Below, in pieces: positions 22,601 to 34,600 of a stretch of DNA of 64,000 bases. The DNA comes from Amphiscolops sp. MND2022 (taxonomy: Eukaryota), in contig OZ076409.1 of NCBI GenBank assembly GCA_964187785.1, positions 55,244,001-55,308,000 on the forward strand, given 5' to 3'. Position 1 is the first letter of the stretch; every line of letters begins with the position of its first letter. Below the pieces are notes generated by a model that saw only the letters and a list, made by a program, of their open reading frames with translations, was not told the origin of the DNA and searched no databases. Position numbers and translations under genes: made by a program.

Positions 22601-25600
22601 CCATCAACCTTCAGTGTTGTTCCCTCCCAGCAGTGACAGATGAAGCTTCCTGGGGTGTTCTCACAGAAGAAGTCGATTCCTGAAAAGGTTGAAGGGAGAC
22701 CGTAGACTAATTTAGAAATCATAAAAGTGAAAAAACAGAAGAAAACTCCTTGAAAACTCGTATCTCAGCCCCTATTGTAAAAGTCTTTTCCAGCGGCTTC
22801 TGCACACCTGATGCCCGACTTTACTGGCCCAGGAGTCTTCGATGCTCACGGGGAGTAATAGCATAGACCCTCAATAGGTATTTCCTGAAAAGGTACTATA
22901 CCCTGTGTATCAGCATCGCGGCACTCAAACTGCCATGTTTTCGGAATGGAACAACGGCGTTGTGTGCAATTGCTGAGATTATAACAACGTCGAAGCTGTA
23001 TTTCAAAATATACAGCGTAGGGCTTAGAAAGGTTGCGAAATGACAATTAGGCTTGTTTTCCAATTTAGCATGCATCTAAATCTTGATTTAAGCTGCTTAA
23101 TATCAGGGAACAAAAAACCAACAGAAACAAATCGATATTACGAAGCGTAAAAATCAAGCTAAAGATATGCAAAAAATTTTCCATTCGTATTTGCTCAAAT
23201 AAAATTCTAAGAATGGCCTTTTTTGGAAAATATTTATCTGCTAAAAGTCGACTTGCCCGTGTTGACAAACCACGTGCTTCCATGCACGGTCCATGTGAAT
23301 TGCATGCATTGTGCATGTACATACAGCCTGATTTTCACATGAAATCTTTTTTCAATAACTTGTTGCGTCACTGTTTGAGCTTCGAAGCTGATCAGTTGTT
23401 TCTTGAGGCCTTCTGAAGCTTATGATAGTTCAATTCAATTGGCAGCGTCAGTCGGTTGTAACTTGTTTAAAATTTTTCCATAGAGGATTTGAATTTTTTT
23501 TTATTCTCCAGCAAACAATTTTGAGAAATTTTCGACATCTTCAGCCGTGGCCAAGTACAAATAAGCGCATCAGACTACATTCTTAAGCTTGAATGGGATG
23601 TTTGGATATTATTGAATGTGTTCGGTTTACATATGCTTCGTTTATAGGGTAACAAGAGTCTAATTTCTCAGCTGTGTTGTTTTTATGGTTTTTGTCAAAT
23701 TTGTTTCATTTGTGAAAGGACAGACTTGTCTCCATGGTATTTAACGACAAAAAATAGTTCCCCATCAGATATATACTTATCATCACAAGAGAATTGCTGA
23801 GCAACGGGATTTTCACCTCTTTGAATTCGATTCGATTTCATCAATTTCATATTCTCAAGTCTCGAGTGTAACCAATAAACTTATACCAGCAACAGCGTTC
23901 AGCAAAATTTAAAAAAATTTCAGGAAACATTTTTATGCCGGACTTCAAGGTTTTATTCTGCCAGACTCCAAAATCTTGATTCGGATCGTAATTTTCAAAT
24001 CACAGTAAGTTTGGGAAACTTCAACCAATCAATTTTTTGTTCAATTTTGAAAAAAAATTCATTGCTCCCAATTGCCTTAGACAAAGTATGGTTTTTGAGT
24101 ATTACTTACAGACTGTTCGTTCAGTGTTTGATGTTCGTTTGAAAATCCGAAGGAATTTTAAAGCCTTTTTTAGCCATCGCAAGGTGTCTCACCGGGTTTT
24201 CAAATGAAGTAAAGACTATATTTCGAATTTTTGAACTTTTTCAGGGGAGTGTTCGACAGCCATTATGATTATTCGTTGGATTTTTTGTCTTGGAACAACA
24301 AACTCATCAGTGACAGCTGGGGGTTTTACGTTTCTGCCCAAAATTTACTTGGTGATTGATTAAAGTTTTTGAAACGCGCTATACATGCATGCAATTATCC
24401 ATTCATTCGTGAGACGATAGGCTTCCACAATGCATGACGTGAGGCTGTTGGATCCGCCTAGTTCGTATCCTTAGGGTCCGAAAAAAAGTAATACGAATAA
24501 TGATTAAAACAATATCACCGGATGATGTTTCTTTGGTCCTCGGAAAATCGGGGTCTCAGATACATACGAATTAAACGAAGATCCGAACTATTCGGACGCA
24601 AATTGAACGAAATTGACAGTAGTAACTAACCGATAGTCACTGACTGTACAATTATCAAAAGTTAGACGCGTATCGAAAGTTTGTTTGTGAACATTATTCA
24701 AAACGTTAGCTAATTTTCATATAAAAAGTCTTGAAAAAATGATTTTGAATCGAGATCAGCTTCACTTCCTAATCTCAATGAAATTCTATGTTAATTCTTT
24801 TCCAAATATGAATAGGAAATATTTTTGGGCTAAATCTGCTATTCTGAAATTATTTAGTCGGCCAATTGAACAGTCGGCCAATAGCGCCGTCGACCAATTG
24901 ACCTAGCACCTAACCTGAACACATTTCCAGATCACATTCGTTGACATCGACGCACTGGGTGCCACTGGCGTCCAGAGTGTAGCCAGGCTTGCAGTAACAC
25001 TTGAAGCCGCCGTAAGTGTTGGTGCAGATTTGATCGTCTGCGCATGTTCCTTGCTCTTCACATTCGTCCTCGTCTGCAAAACAAACCCACACTCATGATG
25101 TGAATGAGCATGTGGAGCAAGATGCTTGGACCGCACTACAGTCTTGGTGAGTTGTTGTAGCATATCGAGAAAAGGATGAAAAAGTTCATTTCCCTTATTC
25201 CTAGGGTTGCATATCTGGAGTACTAAAGAAATATGCTTTTCTGAGTCCCACATATATGTTGTGAGCAAGTAAGTTGCAGAAAACATCGGTAATGATGTAT
25301 TTGAAGCAATGAAATATCGAGGAACACTTTGAGTTGTAGACCATTTCGCTTTTTCCTTCAAATTATTGTATAAGAGAAAGATAAAACGACATCGTATACT
25401 GAAAGAACTCTATAACAGTTTTTTAAGTATGCACAGAACTGCCTTTCACTATGGTTTTCAAACGCTTTTTGCAAATAGTTAAAACATGAAAATATCAAAA
25501 TTATAAGAATTTTCAGTCTTTTTACTTTTCTGATCATTATTTTCTGAAAAATTCATAAGTAAACTCCGTCAAGAGAGAGATGCAAACCTTCACATCTGTC

Positions 25601-28600
25601 GTTCACCATTTTGAATCCGTCTAAGCAAGTACAACTATATCCGTCCTCTTTGTTTTCACACCTGGACATGTAGGGACAGTCATAGTCGAACTTTGATCTC
25701 CACTCCTGTTTGCAGTTATCCACAGACACACAAGTCTCCCCATCGAACCTCATGTTTTCCCCGCAGTCGCAGGTGTAGGACCCGGCAGTGTTGCTGCACT
25801 GTTTGTTGTCCCCGCACGGGTTGGGCATTGCGCATTCGTTTATGTCGACACATTCACCAGATGCACGTTCCTCGAAGCCCTCGGCACAGTTGCAAGTGTA
25901 GCTGCCCACTGTGTTGTCACATGTCTGGTAGCTGTTGCACTGGTTATCACCTTCAGAGCAGAAATATGATTGGTTCGCTGACCTTTGGTTGGAAATAAGT
26001 TAAGAGAAACAATGCGTAATCAGCTGATAATATTTGACAATAGTTTTCACTTCGTGCTGTTAACTTCTTAAGTTGCATTCTTCAAAGCGAAACCCGTGTA
26101 TAATTCGGCCTATATGGGCAGAGAATTGAGTTTTTTATCTCACAAAAAATCATGCACCCTACTTTTAAAAGTATACACCGGGAGCATCTTCAGGAGGGGT
26201 ATTTATTGTCAAGCCTTTTTCAATTCTTAACGCTGTTGTCTAAGGGAGCCGGACAAATGACAGTGACACTGCGCCTCGTGGTGACATACTTCTTTGAACT
26301 TGAGTACTTAAGTAAAGAGAAGCATTTTAATCATTTTAGGATTCTGATGACAACCTTTTCACGCACGATGTATCAAACATTAAAGAGTATAAATTCGTTA
26401 CTTATCGGAGAATCATTGCTGAATCAACCCAACCCTGTTTCGAGGTGAACTTTTTTGAACTTTTTTTTTGAAAACTTTAGTCTCGTCGCATTTCAATTAT
26501 TTCCTCACCTTCGAAGGTAGTCATCTATTCTAAATCTATTCGAAAATGAAGCCAAATCTGCTCTTTAATCATTATAAAAACCAAAAAGTTGAGATGAAAA
26601 GATTTGTGGCCAATTGAAATTTAACTACCTGGATCAGCACATTCGTTTTTGTCTTCACATTCCACCTCAGTCAAAGATACGAAGCCCTCTTTACAGAGAC
26701 ATTTGAACGAACCATCTGTGTTTGAGCAGGTGGACGTGCTTTCGTCACATGTATTTGTGGTTTCATCCGAACATTCGTTGATATCTGCAAAACAGTTTGT
26801 GTATCTCCAATTGGTTTTTCATTAGAGAAATGTCATTTATGCCAGTCCAACTTTTTCACTAGCAACAAAACTCAGGACTTGTAACAAAAATCAGTAAGTA
26901 ATTTTCAAGATACTGAATCACACTCTAATCCTTACATCCTCCTTCTATGTGCAATGACGGGAGAGGTTTTAGCGTTGTTCCATTTCCTATACATGAAAAA
27001 GTGATGGCTGCCCGGGTTGACCCTCCGTGGGCATCTTAGTAAGATCTTGGCAAGATTTTGGAACAATCTTGGCTAAGATCTTGACAAGATGTTGCCATGG
27101 TATTCAATTTGCCATAGTATTCAATTTGCCATGGTAAGATCTTATCAGGAGGCCCATGTTCCCAAGAAACATTATATTGTAGAATCCTATTTGGCCAGAA
27201 AAAATCTGGAAGGAAGTCAACAAAAATCAACATCTATCCAGATTTACATTGTTAGACATGACAACTTTCTGTTACCAAGGTATAAAATTTGATTGAAGAG
27301 TAGAATCCTTATGCTGTTTCTTTAGGGAGGCACTGACTAAATTGCTCCATCAATTGCAAAACCGTCGCCAACAACGGCGTCAGATGAACCTCGAGCTAAA
27401 TCATTGCCCAAACCGGGGCAATGACGCTGTTTCCAGCAGTAATAGGGCTACTGAAACAAGCTCAAAGAAAGCTGGAAATTATAAATCACAAAAAATTGTG
27501 GATTTCTAATCGTTCCTTGTGTAACTTTCCAGTAGTGGCTCTGGAAGTTTGAGAGCATTTTTCTCCGTGTCTGGAATCGACAGGAGTGATAAGTTACAAG
27601 TTTTCAAAAGCCCTTGAAGTGAGCTTTTATTTGATACATTCGCATTTCTCAGTCTTGAACAGGTGAGAAGTTATTAGGATTCACGTCAAAATTTCGGAAG
27701 CCAGAATATGTTTTGTTTTAGTGGTTTGAAGCATTTTGATTATGAAAACGAGTAGAAATAGTCATTGTTGGGTGAAATGAGCCTTTATATCGAGTCTTGG
27801 CTGCTTGTACCGAAGGTATAGTGTTTTTTTATAATCTTAGAATTTTGTCCATCGTGATAAGATACGATCTTGGGATAATGTATTATCTCAGTAAGATCTT
27901 AACAAGAATCTTGCCATGGTTGCCAAGATGTAGTAAGAATTTGGTAAGATCTTGCCAAGACAGCCAAGATGGTAGTAAGAGGGTCAACCTGGGTGGCTTT
28001 GAATAAATTATCTACGTTGTCGTAGAGATACCTTTTTAAAAGGATGTGGTAAGTTTTCGAGAAAGTACACATCCAATTGCTAAAGTTAAAGTGAACTCTT
28101 TCGTGCATTTTTGAAAATTCTACGCATTTCTACGCATTTCTACGTTTGTAACGCATTGCTTTTTCACCTTCGCAAGTTCCGTAGTTGGTTGCTTTGGTCA
28201 ATCCAGGCAAGCAAGTGCATTGGTAGGAACCGTCAAGATCCTTGCATTCTGCTCTATCGTCACAATTGTTCGTTTCTTTGCACTCATCAACATCTAAAGA
28301 ACATCAATGTGGTGAAATATAAATATGTGCCTTCTGCGTATCAAGGCTTACAAAACATTTTCCTCAAAACTTTGCTACAGTAAAACTTTGAACTACAGAA
28401 AACTGCAGCAGGCTTCCTTTATAATGCCATATTTTTTCAAGATCCCGCAAAATAATGTATCATAAGGGATCATCTGAAAGATCTTGCGAAAGTTTGCTGT
28501 CAAGGTTTGATGATTTTAAAACATGTTTTGAACGAAGTGCATACCAGCGGATTAACGCATTTACCCAGAAATGGTTAAAAGTTGCGTTAGCAACTCAAAT

Positions 28601-31600
28601 TAACGCATTTTGTTTGTAAGTCTTTTTCCGTTTTTGAAAGTTGCGTGTTTCCAGAAAAAATACAGAACAATTTGAATAACTAGTTTGATTTTTGAGAAAC
28701 ATTACGTCCAATTTGAATAACGTACATTATTTGCTCTGTTTTTGACGATTTTGACGTCCGTCGTTAACACTTTCAATTTCTGACATCTTTTCCATAGCCT
28801 TGTTTGCGACAAAGTTCACTCCGCGATTTTGGGGCTTAGGGTTGATTAAAGATACATTCATCGTTCGTCAATTTTACCAAGTAATTTGTTTTTTTTTTTC
28901 AGTCAGACCAGACACCAATTTTTCACTTGTTTTTTGAATCTTGACGTTCCACTTTATCGCAGCTTTGCTTATTGAACTCCGGATTGATTGCTTCTCGGTA
29001 AAATATAAGACGATGTCCTAATGTTCCCATTGATTGGGTCATTCTTCATTGGAACGTGAGTAAAAACCACCTGAAAACGAAGGGCAAAAATATCCATTCA
29101 GGTGCCGTTGTCATTCAGATGAAACGAATTTTCTGTACTAACTAGTCTTCTGTGCAATCAACACGAAAACTATTAAAACTAAAAATGAAGTATACTCCAT
29201 ATTTACTTTCACATTCTTTTCCGTTGCCCTTGTATCCCTCTGAGCAAATGCAGTAGAAGGCCCCGTCGACATTTACACATTTGGCATTAGGGTCACAAGC
29301 ATCATTGCCTTCGCTGCATTCATCGATGTCAACACACTCAAGCCCCTTCAGCTCATAGCCGTCCTCGCACTCACAGTGATATTTGGCTGGGCTCTCATCA
29401 CGCACACATTGGCCATTGAGGACGGGACAATCATTGTGCTCTGCAAAGATTCACTATTGCGCAATAAATATAGTGATTCCTACATAATGTGTAGAAGTTT
29501 TCGTTTTCTAACCATATTTCATGAATGTTCACCAATATTTGTACCTACTTCGATGATTTTTTACAGTTTCACCAAACCCATATATTAATTTATTTCATTT
29601 TTTGCTCCCATTTCTGATGGAGTACACCACGGTAATATTATACTACTAAAAAGTTCGATTGTCATTCGAAGCATCTCCAAATACATTTTCCGATTTTCAA
29701 AAACCGAGTTTTTTAAAACGAGTTGTAGCTACCAAAAACAACAAGGTCTTTCAGGTAGATCAAATTTTTTCTCTCAACCGGCGTTTTGTGAGAAAATTTA
29801 TCATTGTCTAATTTTATACCCAACAAACAATTCGTTCTTCCAAAGAATTCAACGACCAAAAAATTAAGTTCAAAGTGTATGTATTTTTGATTTTTAAACA
29901 TCTTTCGAAAAAAACCCAAAGAATCGCAAAAAATGCCAAAGAATGAAAATTCTGATAATAGATTTTTTGCGCTGATTTTTTGAGAAAACTGAAAGAACTT
30001 TTCGAATAGAGATCAAAATTTTTATGGATGCAGATGAATTATAGGAAGACGGAAAATATATTTGGGTGGTTAGCGGACCTCTTTTTTAGTCGGCTTTAGA
30101 ATGAAAAAAAAACCCGACTATTACAGTCACAGGTTTTTTTTCTTCAAGACATGTGCGATTGCGACGAAATTCTAAATTTTTTCAGTTTGTTGAAACTAAA
30201 CGAATACTTCGGAAACGCATCTGAGTGTAAAGGGTCCCTTTCGTCTAAAAATAGGTTTTTTCACCTTTGACATTATATCCGAAGTAAGTTGCCTTCCAAA
30301 AAAGAAGTGGTCGAGGTTCGAAAATATTGCGCTATATCCGAACGTTCGACGTTATGTAAGAACTATTTTGCATTTAACTAAGGAGGATGAGCTTCGAAAA
30401 AAGCGCTTCAATTGGTCACAGCACGCTATATCCGAATTTTTGACGACATTATAACCGAAGTAAATTGAGTTCTACAAAGCAGGAAGCGGAGGTTCGAAAT
30501 CATTGTGCTTCCGATTTTTGACTTTTATATCCGAAGTAAATTGCGTTTTACTTAGGAGGAGGCCGATGTTCGGAAAAAACGCTGTCATGTGGCCCAGCAC
30601 GCAATATCCTAACTTTTGACCTTATATCCGAAATGAATTGCGTTCTACTGAAGAGAAGGCGTAGGTTCAAAAATTTTGCGCTATTTTTAAGGATCAGCGC
30701 ACATTTCTTTAAGCATTTCTTCAAATTAGCTTAGTGCTATCTTAGTGTCACTTGTTTGTTACTCCTATGATTGATAGATTTGACTCAAAAAAGCCCTGGA
30801 CATATTTCTATGAGTTTGCGCTTTTCGAGCCTGAAGTGGGGCACTGATTTGAGACGTTCCCACTTTGTTCATTAATGCAGTATCAAATCAAATGTTTATC
30901 AGAACGCTTGTTTACAGGAAAGCTATCCATGTTTTAGTCGCCGTTTTTTATGCCAAAGAACTGCCCGACTCTTGCAGTGACAAGTTTCTATTGGGCGCAA
31001 TCAATGAAAAAATGTGCTTAGCTGACTATTGTGTTTTCTTTCTCCAGACCACAGTGCTCACACTGAACAGTTCACTTTTGACAGACTTTACACCTAAGTT
31101 CTAAATGGTACTCAAAGAAGCAAAAGTGTACTTCGTTTGAGTTTTCATTGTTTTGGCATATCCTTGAAAGTACATGTGATCCAATGGCCCCTCAAAGTTT
31201 TTTTGCCACAGTGCAATTGTTTATTCGATTTTTTTTAATTTTTAACCAAAGGGTCTCCTCTTCAGTTTTTTATGTTTCCTGTTGGGGTAATACCTTTCGA
31301 GGGTGTAAAAGTTCCCCGTTCAGGTTTTTGACACAGTACGATTTTTTTCGGAATTTTTATTATTTAGACAAACGGCCCCCTTCAATGTTTGAGGGCAAAA
31401 CGTTAGAAGAGCTCATAGGAGTTTCTTTAAAAACGATCTGACCATATCTTATTGAGCGATAAGCGACACGCCGACTTTAGACGCTCTCTTGTTTCTTCGC
31501 CAGCACTGTGGAAGGACTTTTATCAAATGACAATTGTGACATTTTTTTCAGAGTTTACGCCGAAAATCGAAAAAAATTGAAGAAGTCGCTGTCGACAAGA

Positions 31601-34600
31601 AGAAGTCTTGTGGATACTTGCTCAGTTATTGTCACAGTCCGCGCCCGGACTGGATTGAATTAAAAGCAAACTAAAACTAATATAGGTCACCGCTTCGCCA
31701 ATACGATTGAATTTGCGTCGCGACTACGCTACGTCACAGCTATGGCAGCTAGCTAGAATTTCATTCCAAAATGTGACGTCAGCATGTCGTCTAACTTGGC
31801 AGCTAGTCAGAAATTCATTCCAAAATGTGACGTCAGCATCTCGTCTAACTTGGCAACTAGCTAGAAAGTATTCCAAATCAGACGACGATATGACGTCACA
31901 GCTATGGCAGCTAGCTAATTTTCATTCCAAATTTCCGTCCACTATATTGGCGGACTAAGTCTAATACTAATACGTACGTCCACGTTACGTCGCAAATCCA
32001 TCAAAATAGCTGTTTTAATCCATGCAAAACACCACATTGACGTCCACGCGACGTCCACTATAATGGCGGACTAAGTGTAATACCAAATTTACGTCCACTC
32101 TACGTCCCAATTTTATAAAATTAGGCGTTTTAGTCTGTATTAAATTTAAAAGAAGCTTTATTTTACTACGGTAAAACTAATCGAAGCTAGAATATGAATC
32201 AACGTCAACACTACGTCGCAATTTAACTAACCAAACCAAATTTTGAATCTACGTCAGTATTGCGTCGACTAAGATTCAATTCAAACGGAATATTGTATTT
32301 AAGCCAGGATTTTTCAGATTTACTTAAAAAAACAGTGTTTTAATACGATTTACATTGAAAAGTCACAGTTTATATTCAATTTGTGTTAATAAAATGATGT
32401 CCAAGCTGGATTTTAAATGTACGTTTTGACTACCTAATTTCATAAGTTCATATGCTGTTTGACGATGTCACGTCGTCTTTTATTGTTGCTCAAAGGTGTT
32501 GCTCCTAACTTTAATCAGATAAATATTTATCAATTGTTGAAATATATAATTGTTTAGCCTCATGTAAATCAGTCACTCTCTTAGCATCACCAAATTGCCT
32601 AAATCAAGATAATTAGTCATAATTTTCTTCAAGTGGAAATTCAAAATCAGGTATTAGTTGTTCACGTCAGCGTCATCTCCGCGTCGGTTTCTTACGAACC
32701 AACGCAGAAAAACGGGGAAGTATTTCCGGTTTGACAGACTGAAGTAATATCTACTTCCTGCTTGGGAGGAAACAAAAGGACGCCGGAATGAAATGATATG
32801 ATCTTGATTGATGTCTAATACTAGATTAGAACTGCCGTGTCTTAAAAATTGACGAAATGCTGACGAAGATCAAAGTTTTACCGCAAAATTACAGGAAGTG
32901 ACTAATATCTCGATGGAAATGAAAGTACGCGAGTATGAACAGATGATGCTAGGAGGGTATATATAGCTTGTACCTGTAAACTTTATGATTCAATTTCTGA
33001 TTCAATCTGCTGTCTTGTATCAAATTCTACTTTGTTTTGTTAAAACAATTACTCTGCAAACTTCAATTCAAAATTGATAAATCCGAAAATCTTTTCATCA
33101 AGAGAAGCTAAAAAGAAGAAAGTCCTTCAAAAAAGCTACAAAAACAATCAGAAATGTACAGAACAACGACCCTAACAGGAGTCGTTACATGGTGACAGGA
33201 GTTTTGGACCTTTTCAACAAATGTACCCAAGAAAACCTCAGCTTAAACTACCGTCCAAAGAGCGTCCCTGCACATTGCGAAAACTCTTCGCCCCAAAAAC
33301 GAAGACGAACATACACTAATTGAGCAACGCAACCCAAACGGCAAATGGAGACTACTTGTTGACCGACTGATGATAAACGAGTTAAAATTCGACGACTACA
33401 CCAACAACACTCAACCCGTCACCGTCAGTACATCGTCAGATGCAGTCCAACACCTGCCGAAGACATCGTTTACCACAACACGAGGTTCCAAAAGCTGGCA
33501 ACATACCCCTGGGGCGTTACCTTTGCCCAGAGTCGGGTGAATTAGCTCACATCGGTAAGTAGTAAAAAAAAAAGAAAACCCAGACTCTTCCTGAGGCCGA
33601 GATGTGCGTTCGAAAGATGACAAAGACGTAGTCACTGAAGCACACATTCCCGAATCGACTAGTCAGAAAATCTAAGCTATGAACATACAAAAGCAGAAAA
33701 GGCCTATCTGCAGTTTCGTATGATTCAGAAAAGCTTAATGGAACGGGGAATATAACAAACCTAAGGGTTGTTGAATAACCAGCGCGTCGGCGTCACCGAT
33801 ACGCACATCTCCCTCAGAGAACAAAAATGAATCTAATTATCACTTTGCAGATCATGATCTTTTAAGACCAAATTGATCTGAAAATGACCGGGTTATAACA
33901 GCCCATATACAAAGACGACGCAGGATTGACGTCGCAAATGACCGGGTTATAACAACCCATATACAAAGACGACGCAGTATTGACGTCGCAAATGACCAGG
34001 GTTATAACAGCCCAATACTGATACGACGTCATCATGACGTCAACAGTGACCGCAAAAAATTGAAGTTGGCTTATCGCTAACAAAACTGACGTCATCAAAA
34101 CGGTGACAAAACCTAAAGTTGGCTAATTACCAACAAAATTGACGTCGGCATAACGTCGACACAAAGGTTATCAGGGTTAAGAATTAAACCTATAATCTAT
34201 AATGACGTCATCAAAATGGTGACAAATTCAAAAGTTAGCTATGCTAACGAACTTGACGTCAGCAAAATGTTGACAACTTTGGTCAAACGAATTAATTTAA
34301 TTCGAGGCCAATAAAAACGTGACGTTGGCAAAGCGTCAACACCTGGGACTATAAAGGAATTAAAAGACAGCTTCTACCACCTCCCAAAAAGTGCTATACC
34401 GAACTACAGAGTGGTACCGGAAATGTCACATTCCTCTGGGAAAGCGTACAACCAAAACAATCCTCTCTTCAGTTTCGACAACCCCACGAGATATCTTCGT
34501 CCCATGAGAGTGGCCCTGTCACAGTCCGCGCCCGGCCTGGATTGTGGTTGCCAAGAGGCGCAGTTTGGACGTAATCATGGATGCATTATGAAAACAGTTA